This document shows, one piece after another, positions 39,704 to 51,790 of a stretch of 64,000 bases of DNA. The translations under genes were made by a program, and so were the position numbers. Where the stretch lies: contig NC_092680.1 of assembly GCF_964355755.1 (NCBI RefSeq), positions 13,153,045-13,217,044 of the forward strand, in the 5' to 3' direction. A model generated the notes under the pieces. It saw nothing but the letters and a program-made list of their open reading frames with translations, was not told the origin of the DNA and did no database searches. The DNA comes from Antedon mediterranea (taxonomy: Eukaryota > Animalia > Echinodermata). Numbering within the stretch: the stretch's first letter is position 1; each line of letters starts with the position of its first letter.

Positions 39704-42700
39704 CAAATATTATAAGGAAAAGAAGAGCCTAATATTTTAATCTTAGGCGATTTTAATGCTAGAATAGGTAGTTCTGTAATGGGTGGTGACTTAATAGTCA
39801 ACAAGAATGGTAATAGATTAATTGAGTTTAGTAGTAATTTAAACTTATCAATTCTCAACAAAACTATTTTCTGTGAAGGCGAAATCACATGGTGTAGAGG
39901 CAAACCACCAAACAACAAAGTACCATTGATTATATTTTTTCTTCAAAAAACATGTTTAATGATAATACTATTTCCGAAATGAAGATAGACGAATTAGGAC
40001 AACTTAGCTTGGGTAGTGACCATAATATGTTACTATTAAAATTAAATATAAATAACTCGAAAAACAAAGATAATAGGTGTAGTAAGAAATATATATGAAC
40101 AACATTAAGTTTGGTGAAGATTTTAGTGAATATAATGCCTATTTAGAAAGGGATTTTAAAGAACGGGATGCAAATAGGTTTGATAATGTTAATGACTTAT
40201 GGAATTCCTGGAAGTCTATTGTAATTAAATGCGTAGAAGAAGGCATTGGTAAAAAAGTGTTGGGGAAAAATCTAAACCATGGTTTAATAAGGAAGTTGCA
40301 AAATGCAATTGAGAATAGAAAGAAAGCAACACAAATTCATAGAAATTATGTTAAAAGAAAAGACAAAGATGCTGCAACATGTGACTTCCTTTGGCAGAAT
40401 TACCAACAAAAGTTGTTTGCTAAGAATTTGATAAAACAAAAGATATTAGAAATGAGGGTAGATAAATCAATTGTTATTGCAAACAAAGGAGGTAAAAATT
40501 GTAAGGAATTCTGGCAAACAATTAGAGGGTCAAAGTTTAACAAACAAAGTACTGATTGTTTTAAGGTTCCAGGGTCTGAACAAGTTGTTACTAGCGTTGA
40601 AGAAAAAGCCGAAACATTAAGAAACTATTGGGAATCACTAAGTAATTCTAAAAATAATACATTCAATAATAATGTATACATGACTGAGAACTGTATACAA
40701 AACATTAGAAACAACTTGTTCAGAGATGATGATGAGGCTACAGATCCTCTATGTGACATTTCTATTGATATTGAAAGTATAAAATATGTATTAAGTATTG
40801 CAAAAAATTGTAATTCTCCAGGTGAAGATAACATTACTAATGAACTTTTAAAAAATGGTGGTCATATTATAGTAAAATCTCTGTTAGATTTATTTAATAG
40901 AATCATCCTTTTTGAACACCCACCAGAAGACTGGAATTTAAGTTTGAAATTATTTCAATCTTTAAACATGGTGATAAGAGAGATTTGAACAATTATCGTG
41001 GAATCTCTCTTACATCATGCACTGACGGAAGTCCAGGGTGGTTTCAGGAAAGATCATAGGTGTGAGGACCATATTTTTGTAATCAAAAGTATAACTGCTT
41101 TAAGAAAAAAGAGGGAAAAAACACCTATCTAGCTTCCCTGGACTTCCGAAAGGCATTTGATTCCGTTTGGAGAGATGGGCTCCTGAAAGCCATATGGAAT
41201 ATAGGAATAAGAGGGCGTTTGTGGAGAATTATTGATAACATGTATGCAAATGTCAAAGGGAAAGTAAAATTTGGGGATACTGTAACTAATGAATTTTCAA
41301 TTGAACAAGGAATTAGACAGGGATGTGTGCTATCTCCTATTCTGTTTTGTATATTTATCAATGAGCTCACAAAAATTCTAAAATTAAATGATATAGGAGT
41401 TCATATTAATAACATATGGCAAGGAGCCCTTTTCTGGGCAGATAATATTGTGATATTAGCTGAAAATGAAAAACAAATGACTCACATGTTACAGCTAACT
41501 GCAAAATTTGCCATTGATTGGAAAATGCAATTTAACCCAACTAAATCAAATGTACTTTTGTAGGTAAGAAAATAGATAAACAAAAGTTATGGAAATTAGG
41601 AGACCAGTCGATAACTGAGTGTGAAACGTATAAATATCTAGGTGTAATGATATCAAGAGGTGCAAATGACCATAGCCATGTAGAATATAATATATGGTGG
41701 TGGTCGGTGGTCGGTTACATTTTTGTATAATATTATTACTGTATACAAAAATGTAACCGACCACCGACTCATAGGCTATATAAAAGTCATAATTGGTAAT
41801 TTAAACAATTTTAATAGAGTATATTATGGTGATATCCTCTGGCGAACAATTGCACTCCCATCAATAAATTATGGTAGTACCATTTGGGTTGGTAGCAAAA
41901 GTGATTGTGAAAGAATTGAAAGACTACAATTACAAATGGCAAGGTTTATCCTTTATCCCTTGTTCTACTCTTTATGGGGAACTTGGGTGGTCAAAAATCT
42001 CATATATTCAAAATGTAAATAGAATTAATTATATGGAAAGAATTTTAAAGATGGAAGATTGGCTAGGATATTACTGAAAACACTAGTTAAATTGACAGAG
42101 AACTTTAATGATCTATCATTTAAAATTCCATTGTGTGTTCGAAATATCATTGATAATTGTGGTACACATGATATTTTTTCTGATATTCGAAATGGTAATG
42201 ATAACTTTGATGCCAACTGGGCTTCCAATACAAAAATAATTATGAAAAATCTGGCTCTCTCGCATTGGGTTCCAGACGGTAAACGTAAAACGTCAATTGA
42301 ACATTATATGTATATAAAAAATGAACCAAAACTTGAACAGTATCTACTTGATAAGATTGTCTTTGAAGGAGCATCGTTAAAATTTAAGCTGCGATCAAAC
42401 ACCCTTCCCCTTGAAAGAAAAACATCTAAATGGTCAAATAACCCTAATGCTAATGGTTGTTGTAAATTGTGCAACAGAAATGAAGAAGAAACCATTATGC
42501 ACTTTCTCCTAACATGTACCACTCTAGAAGAAGAGAGAAAAAACCAAATTGCTAAATTCCAACAAGAACTTTTGGAATGTAATCTTTTTTATCTCTTTGA
42601 CTATTTTCAAAATTTAGATTTATTCAACAAAACCCTTCTTATTCTAGGCAATGACCATGATTTATTTGATAATATTATTAAGTCTTTAATCGACAAATTC

Positions 42701-42757
42701 TGTAAATCATTGGCTAAATCTTTATGGAAGAAACGTTGTGCTCTTTTAAACTTGTAA
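39704..42757 (+). pseudogene. Frameshifted LINE ORF2 (APE-RT-CCHC)
   Basis: ORF fragments 39779-39982, 40095-40988, 41219-41563, 41723-42022, 41871-42077 and 42059-42757 join into one ORF2 only with several frameshifts. A deletion is apparent between NYRGISL and QGGFR, and the catalytic DD reads DN. Confidence 0.9.
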
Positions 42758-43170
42758 TGTTAATGCTGTTGTGTTTTGAATTGCTTTTCAACTTTTGTGT
42801 GTCATTTAGATTTCTGTTTAGTAATCTTTGTCTTTTTATTTTATTTGTTATGCCTTAGTGTTAAGTATTACACACACCGTTATACTCTTTATTTTGATTC
42901 ATACCATGACATTAATTTTATTATTTATTTTGTGTGTATCTAAACATTTTTATTTATTTATTTAGTTTGTTTTATTTATTTATTTTGATTTAAAGTATTT
43001 ATTTATTTTTTTGTTTTTGTAAGATTTATGTTTTGTATTTCATTCATTCATTTTGATTTATTTTTAAGTTAATAATTTTATTTATACTTGTAGTGTTATT
43101 ACTTGGACACACCTTTATCATCAAAGTGTGCCACTGTTGTAAAAGTGAAGTTTCCAATAAATTATTATTA
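39704..43170 (+). mobile_element. 5'-truncated, degenerate non-LTR retrotransposon (LINE) with APE endonuclease remnant, reverse transcriptase and C-terminal CCHC zinc knuckle; clade not assigned
   Basis: Across frameshifts: APE motifs ILGDFNARIG, NGNRLIEF, DYIF, GSDH. RT motifs SPGEDNITNELLK, NYRGISL, QGGFRKDHRCEDHIF, LDFRKAFDSVWR, QGCVLSPILFCIFINEL, WADNIV (YADD position), FNPTKS, YKYLGV. Then LYGELGW and CKLC..ETIMHFLLTC, stop at 42757, and a T-rich 3'UTR ending AATAAA plus (TTA)n near 43170. Confidence 0.95.
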
Positions 43171-44450
43171 TAAATATATGAAATGTCAATAATTTTATTT
43201 AAACTGTTTTTAACGCGCGTTTGTTGTCCTAATTTCTGGCAAATAATCTAGTGTATAAGTTAATTTAACACAGAACCTGCACTACATATGAGAAACGGAA
43301 ACACGCTACCCCCTCGGGCCACCTTCTAATGCTAATATATCATTATGAATATTTGTACTTTTCAAGTTTATCGTGATTAGAACATCAAACAAATATGTTT
43401 AGACAAAATTATTATTTTGCTAAAACTAGTTCTTATTATTATGCCTACATCATCAAACTGTTTTATTCCTATCAACAACATAGTAATCTACATGTTTTAA
43501 CCAATGCACATAATTGTGTTTACATGTTTTTTTTAAATAATGACGTCATCGCAATTATTTTATTCCTAATTTTTGTAAACCGCTACTTGACCTTGACCTG
43601 ATATAGAGGTTATATCCATAAAAAGTATGCATATCAAAAGTGTATACAAATATTTTGTATTGGATTTAGTCTATAGTCTCGTTAGTGAGGCATGCGTTTA
43701 TTAAACCTTATGTCCGTTATCATTAAGAGGTATTTAATTTTCCATTAAATAAAATCACTATTGTATAATCCATGTACGTACCCTGAAGGCTACGATGCCT
43801 TCACTTTTCCACTAGTACGATAGACAGCACACTTACTAATGCACAATACAGCAAATCCCCTAGTGGCTTATTCCGGACCATGGACTTGAATGTCCGACAC
43901 AAGGCAATGCAAGAAACAATTAAACCTGCCAACTAAACTTCTGTCCGAAGTGTGACCACTCGCAAATAACTGGACAATACTATTGGATTCCTTTTTTAAA
44001 TAGCCAAATGGCACTTTACTGCGATATTCGGGTGCTGTCGATTAGAATTATGCAAGTTATTAGCAAAATTGCTTTTATCATTATTATCAAATAACGTGTG
44101 TATTGATAGACGTCTTTACGCGTGTCGCGAAGAGTCCCATGGGGGTTCAGTTGGTTTGACGTGATTAAAAGGTTGTTGGATCTAGGTGATCATACTAATC
44201 TGTTTGATCCCGATCACGCCACTTATCCAATTCATTGTTTCCCTTTTAATTAGTCAATATATTATTTATACCATTGATGATGTTGTAGTTTAATCGTATT
44301 TGTTTTGATTGTTTGTGTTAGTGCTCTCAAAAGGTTATGAAAATGATTATGAAATTATAAGAAAGTTTTAAATTTAATAAAATAAGTAAAGATGATTATA
44401 CATGGAGACGATGATAAGATTAATAATGAATGCCATAATGTTTTAATCAA

Positions 44451-44784
44451 AGATTTATTATCCCCCTGAAAAAATAATTTTTAAAATTTTTGTTGTTGAA
44501 TACGTAATTTTAACGTCAGATAATAGTTATCCAATTTGAACAAAAACTGAATTGAAAAAAAAAAAGTATTTACCTGAAAAAAACTGAAATTTAAAGCACA
44601 AAATAGTCAAATTGGCTGCCAGCCAATGAGGTTTTACTTGAATTTGACCATTTATTTTGTCATTTTATATGAGAAAACATTTTTTTTTAAAGAAGGTATT
44701 AACTTTATAAAACTACAAAATAACCTATTCAAAGTCTAATTTAATTAATCTTAAATTTTAATGTTTTTGGGGGACAATACATCA
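44451..44784 (+). mobile_element. Kolobok-like MITE family A
   Basis: TCAA|AGATTTATTATCCCCC...GGGGACAATACATCA|TTAA with a full shared body. Confidence 0.82.
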
Positions 44785-45179
44785 TTAAGTATTAAACTTT
44801 ATTCTTTCTCATCCAATTTTAATATTTAGATAATGTGTTTTAAATATTTGAATCTCTAAATCAGTTGAATGTGAACAGCAGGTGGCAATATGTAAAGTAC
44901 GGTAATTGTAAGAATTAAGCGGGTATCATATTTAATTATATAATAGGGAACTAAAAAACATTAGAAACCACTTACCTTAATTGCCTGTTTATGTTGGAAC
45001 TAATAATACATTGTCTGTAACAAGAGGTGTAGTAATTTATTTAAATTATTTATTCAAATTTCTGTCAAATGCAAAAACAACAAAAAATCAAGGATGGACA
45101 AAAACACCCGTTCTAGATGGTCTATTAATGATATCTAGAACCTAATAATGATCATAACGGTAAGGATGAGGTACAGTAT

Positions 45180-45275
45180 ATTGTTTATTTATTGATTTTT
45201 CACAAATAATAATATTTAATATATTTCTTTATAGTATGTGGATGGTGGTCAAAATAAGTATAAAAATAGACTTGA
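45180..45275 (+). repeat. Interspersed repeat with an inverted copy at ~54295-54400
   Basis: ATGTGGATGGTGGTCAAAATAAGT here versus ACTTATTTTGACCACCATCCACAT at ~54311, with similar AT-rich flanks. Confidence 0.7.
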
Positions 45276-48200
45276 AGCAGAGACCACCATTTACAATATA
45301 GAGAAACAATAATTGGGGAAAAATATAAATAAATAAAAGGTAGAGTGGTTTATAACACAATTGACGACTTGTAAGTTTATTGTTAAATTTGTACTCATGC
45401 TTCGTGGCGTTCTCTTCTTGTTTTGTAAATTCGTACCTTTTATATTGTTGTACATTTTTACATATTAAAAAACGAGCAATGAATTTCCGAAAGGATTAAT
45501 AAAAGAGAATTTGAATTTGAATATCTTCTTCGGTGGCTGTATGTAATAATGCTGATAATAAAAATGAATAATAATCATGATAACAATTAAATGATAATAA
45601 TCTATAGAACCTGAATGTTATTGTTATGCGTAATGTTTGATGTTGTTGTGTACCTTTAGTCATAGAGCTAGCTGATGATGAATTATTTCATGTAATAATA
45701 GTAATAATACATTTTTAATTTATCAAAATGGATGATTGAGGATTATATTCAAAAGGAAGGACATGAATTACCAAAATAGCATCTATCTAAAAGGTTTATA
45801 ACTAGACTAATAAGTTGGTGTATTAAAAAGTTGAAAATATGTGTATTATGAGTTTATTCGTTTTAGTCCATATAAACCTGGTTAGCCTAATACGACAAAT
45901 TCTACCTTTCACTTTCAATATTACAGTACTTTATCTATAACAAATTGTAATTAATGAAAAACATTTCCATTACGTTTGTACTTTAGGCGGCAAATTAATT
46001 TATTACAACTTCGTCAATGATACAATATTCTTTAATGACGCTGCTACTATACTATATTAAATTGAAACAACATATATAACATGTAAATAATATATACGAA
46101 ATAATATTTTCAATTTGTAAAAACGATAATTAAAACAAACGCTTGTATAAGGTATTCGCCCGTGGTTATTTTACACCGCTTGTTGGGTAGCTTATTATTT
46201 CAATGATATAACATGATTATCTCTGCCCGAATACTTTAGATCGTAATGTTATTTATTTCATGTTTTTAAATTCAAGTTCGATAAAAATTTATTTTAAAAT
46301 GGTCATTTTTTTTTTCATTACATATATAAAACTTTTGTGATAAAATAATGGAAAATTAATCTCGGTTTGATTCAATTGTTATTATTTATCTTGTTCTTGA
46401 AACTGTTTTTTTTTTTTATATTAATAAAAGATAATTACTAACTTAAAATACGTTATACCGACGTATATTTTTTGTATTTATTTGTTTTTATATATTTAGG
46501 CAAATTGCAAGAAATCATTCACTATCCTTCTTAAAGGTGGCAATCCCGTTCACAAGACAAACATATACACAAGATGCTCTACATAACCAACGTCTTATTA
46601 CAAGTCTTTGGGAGTGGAGTTGTAACATACAAACATTATATACAACATCAAGAGCATCAACGGACTTGAGTACAATAAACATTAATTAAAAAATCATAAT
46701 AATAGTACAAAGACAATAATTACATTGCGGGAAATAAATAGCTTTGTATTTATTGTTTAAACGTTATTGCGGATCCAAATACGAAACTTGCCCACCAAAG
46801 TAGCCGTGGTGATGACGCTATGATTGGTCCAAATACACCTTAGAATTTCATCAATAATGGTATTCAACTTCACTCTATACTACACCTTAAATATAAGCCT
46901 AATTGTACAGGTAAATAGTAAAGTGTGCATACATGTTATGTTAACACATTTCTTCTGAGTGTCTAGTTGCTGTATTTTAAGTGATTTTTTTTCCACATAA
47001 AACGTGTCTTTTGTATTTTGTTCACGTGGCTTTTGTTAAAGAAATTGCGCGTGGCGTTGATGAAATTGAAATAAGTGCCAACTCCATTGACCTGATTTGT
47101 TAAAGAAGTTATTGTTTTCACAATTCATAATAATCTCTAACAATTAATTAGCACGCTTATTAATGGCACTATCACTGTACATACCCTTGAATTATAGAAG
47201 AGGCTTTATATTTATTGTATTAGGCCTATGTGTATTTATATGATAAAACGTCACGAAGCTACCGTTTACTTTTCTTGTTCTATTTTTCAGCGTTTTATTC
47301 GATATAATTGCTAGCGTTATTAGTTTGAATGGCGGTTATTACCGTTATAAAGAATCAAGTTGTCACTATTATTTTTTCACCTAACAGTACAAGAATAATA
47401 CGCGACAGTATGCGTATTCGGCGCATGTTTCTGAACTTGCACCGAACGTCTTCTAGATTCGATATCTGGAGCTAATTGATTGTTGAATAATTGATTATCT
47501 GTAAGAATGTGTGTCTTATTTCTCTGTTAAGGCAAACAACAAGAATAATGTTTATAGAGTTGGTAAAAACGATGTAATGAACTTCTTGAAGCTGATGATA
47601 AACCTTTTAAATTCTAAAATATAGATAAAATGATAATAAAGTTTTTTTAAATTAAAACTATTGTTATAATAATTATTATTTTGTAATAAAATAATTATGG
47701 TTATTTTAATTTTTAATAATTTCAATTAAGATCCTCGGGTGTTTGTAATTTCCTTTTAGCTTTATAACCTTAGATGAAAATTAATTAAGATAAAAATAAC
47801 ATTCATTTAATATATTAATCCTGTTTTTAAGATATAATTGAAAACTAACTTTAACCTTGCTAGTATTATTGTTATTATTATTATTATTGGAGGATTTCCA
47901 AATTACACAAAAGTAGGCTTTAATCAAGAGAAAAGGAATAGTTTTCTTTGCGTACATACACTACAAAATTAATCAAAGAAAATTCATTAACTGAACAGTT
48001 TTGTAGAATGAGTTTAGTGCTTATTTGAAATGATTTATTCTCCATAATTAATATTAGTTTCAGAAGCCTCCTGTTATCATTAGTGTTTATTGGTTATAAA
48101 ATCTCTGCTAATTTGTCATTTCGTCAGAATCTGTCAGCCTAATTAGAATAAAAACCACAGCGTGTGCTGTAACCAAAAAGAAACAAAAGTATGACTATCT

Positions 48201-51200
48201 TATTGAGATAGTTCAGAATCAAAGACAAAACCATCCGATTAAATGGACAATTTACCCTGGCATTTAACACTCGTAAAATAACCAGTAGGCCTACAAATTT
48301 AATTTGTGCAAGTTGTTTAAAAAACAATATTTTGAAAATTTCAGTGAACCCCAAGGCCAGTAGTGAGTATTGTAGGTTGTCCACACATGAGTGTACTTAA
48401 GCAATTGTAAAGTTAAGTACGAGCATCCATTAAATGTTTTGTTTAGTTTACTTATCCATTCGATCCCAAATCGCTAGAAACTAAGCAACACATGAAAAAA
48501 AGATTTTAGAACAAAATTGAAAGAACAACACATGAGAAACAAATTACTAAAATAGATTTATAGTCAAACAATGATTATGTATTTGAAAGTTTGGCCGAGT
48601 AACGTTTTTTGAACAATAACTTAAACTGGAATAAGACCATTTTGAAACTGAAACCTGCAAAACATTACTAGCAGTCAATTCTATTCATCTTTGATTGGTC
48701 TAATTTATATAAAAATAAAAATCAGAAAATCTTTCTAATACACTGTAGTTAAAATACATAAACAATGTTAAAAACAATTTTAAAAAAGTACAGAAAATAA
48801 TGTACTGGTCTTGCAAAAAAGGTAAATTGGTAAATCCAAGCTTTTACCGTTATATAATTTCCCTCTTCTCCGAATATTATGAACACAATTAAGATAATTA
48901 AAATAACAATAATCGTAATGGGGCAATAGTTGAACTCGGAATAAATCATTTCTTTAATTATCTGAATGAATGTATCTCTACTTCAAAATAACCAAACTAA
49001 ATAGCATATTAGTATTGTCATGCTACAAGCTACGTCGATAGAATATTTTAGTATGTTCTGCTCACAATTAATAACACAATGATAAAACCGTCATAACCGA
49101 GAAGAATTGTTTTTTGAAATTGTCTTGCTTTTCAATTTGTTAATTATTGTAAGATTTTTTTGTGAAGTTTTCTCTGCGGCTCTGTATTGCTTTCAAATTT
49201 GCAAAACGAATTGTTGTAAAGTATGTGATACATTTCTCCGTTATATCTTTTGAAATGAATTAGTGGTATAAGTTGATTTCTATTAGGGATCATGTCATTC
49301 TGCAGTTACTGCAGTAAGTCTTATTATTTTTTTCACTAAAATAACATATTATTTCGTTTATGGGGCAGTCGCTGCAATTTTTGTTTACCCAAGCTTGCTA
49401 AATCTTACATAGGCCTAAATAGGTTAAAATGTGGCGTTACTGTTAGTACAATAATTAATGATCCATTACAATTTCTGTAGATTTATTAACATTTTCTGTT
49501 ATCGTTTTTATAACCATTATTTTCAAATATAAGACATACTGATAACACTGAAGTAATTCATTCATCTTCTAGAATGAAAATAACATATTTTCCAAGTAGC
49601 TGTTGCAAGTATTTCTCATAGATAAGTCAAATAACTTTTTCTAGGCACTTACTACGCTGCCTTACTAAAATTGTTTAGGCTAAACCAATGTTATTCGTTG
49701 ACATTGCAAGGCGTTTCAATTTTAAAATGGGGGTCTTGTATTTTCTAAATAAATGAAAATAATAATATAAATAACAAAATGAATGTAGCGGTGTTCGTTT
49801 AAATTTGTGTCGTTATTTTACAGAATTTAATGTCTCTAAAAAAAAGAGGGTGGGTCGGGGTTAGGATTAGAAGTTGAAACAGATTGCTCAGGTCTGGTTT
49901 TATACTTTTTTCCAAAAGTAAAAAAAAAAACAAATAGACAAAATAAATACAAAACCGGTGTTTCTTTTGAATTCATTTATCAAGTTACAGGTTGTAGTCT
50001 ATAGACTATAGACATCGGATATCAACTGAAATATTATTTCATATTATTACTCATTCATCCAATGTGCAAAGATAGTTACGATGAGTTCTGATTATCTAAA
50101 TTAAAGTCATTATTAAATCTTGTACTATAACTATTACTGAACCTGAATTAGAAACAAAATTACTTTTTATAACCATGTAGGCTAGGCCTATTTACAAGAC
50201 CATGTATGTAATCTACAAGAATCATTATGAATATTTTAATTAGTGACTTAAAGTATTTACGAATGCATTTGTATTGTTGAAGATGGGTTTAAAAGTTATT
50301 TACATTAAGGTGGAAGGACGTAGGACGCAATGTAACTTTACAAATGGTGAAAATACACAGGAGATAAGTAGTCTACATTATTAGTGCATACTACTTTCTG
50401 GTTGATTCGCTGATGTTTTCTTTTAATTTTACACTAAATTGTATTTCAGTTACTCTTTTATAAATCATACCGTGTTCCTTTTTCAATATCTTTTTCTATC
50501 GATTCATCCAACTTGAATCACTATATTTATGTCATTTAAACAAACCATTTATGTTTTTAAACATGTGACTATATTAAGTAACTAAAGTTCGCTAGCGAAC
50601 ACCGACCTCGCCGTCACTGAATTCCATTTACTGTACATTGGTACACTTATTATTCATTACGTCGAATAATAATTAAACTCTTTTAAAAGTTTGTTATAAA
50701 TAATGTAACCTTCTGTTATATCTTAAAAAGCCGTGGGATTAGTATTTTAAATCTTTTTGTTGCTTTTAATGTGTTAATATCCACATTGCACACACGTGGA
50801 ATGAGCATATTGATTGGCATTTTTTGTTTGATTTTGTGGAGAAATAATTGTTGTTTTAAAATTTAGCTAGTAGCTAAATTGATTTTAAATTTTCATTTAA
50901 GTGTTACATGTATTAGTAGTGAATTTGCTACATTACCCACACGAGTCTGTTGACAATGGAGGTCATAGACGAGTCAGTCAAACACCAGTAAGCCATTCTT
51001 GTTTGGTCAAACTGCAGCTTTGCAGGACAACATTTCGAGACCTTGCTTCGTTTTTGACTGATTTTCTTCTAATTTTCGACATATGGGGGATAATTAAAGT
51101 AGTTTTTGCACGTGTATCATCTTTTGTGGTTTTATAATCGTTTATTAAACACCGTTAAACATCTAAATGATAGCCTGTTTTAGCCCAAGTTCATGTTCGC

Positions 51201-51239
51201 CTAAGACCTACTATAGCAGACTTGTTTAGCCTGCGCATC

Positions 51240-51400
51240 ACAACGTTTGGCCAATCAGATGCCGTCTTTCACCCAAGTTCGGTATTATTCATTACGTTTC
51301 AATCAGGTTCGTAATTTAAAGTAAATCAAAATACAATCAAGATGATATGAACCGGTTTTAGCCAATGAGAATCGACAAATTCGGTTAGCGTCGTTCTTCG
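51240..51400 (+). promoter_or_regulatory. Candidate promoter with two NF-Y-type CCAAT boxes
   Basis: GGCCAATCAG (~51249) and AGCCAATGAG (~51360) match the extended NF-Y consensus, 300-420 bp upstream of the putative ATG. Confidence 0.45.
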
Positions 51401-51666
51401 GAACTACACGACAAACCAAAGTGTTTTTATACGTTTAAAAACTGTCAGCAATTTTGTTCCATCTGTTAGCATCGTGTTCAGATCACTTTTATTCAATTCC
51501 AAGCATATATAAAAGATCGAATCTAACCAGTCGGCATTGTAACTAGATCCTCTTGGATTCAACAACTGGTTTGTCCTGGAATTCCTTATCATCATTCTTC
51601 ACCAGGCCAGTTCGTTCCATTTGTGAGTAATCGTCTCATAAATTCAGTTAGTGTAAACTGCGCGTG

Positions 51667-51790
51667 ATGTCTCAAAGCGCGAAAGCAGACGATACCTCGT
51701 CAAATCGTTCTTCTCTCTCATCATCATCCGTAGTGTCTCCGTTAGTACTTCCAACTGCACCATCAGCTTTTCTTCATTATTCACCCACGG
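51667..51790 (+). CDS. Putative first coding exon of an unidentified gene (MSQSAKADDTSSNRSSLSSSSVVSPLVLPTAPSAFLHYSPT, phase-1 intron follows)
   Basis: ATG at 51667, 41 codons of Ser/Pro-rich sequence with locally higher GC, then a consensus donor G|GTAAGT at 51790/51791 and an abrupt switch to AT-rich sequence. No downstream exon recognised in the window. Confidence 0.6.
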
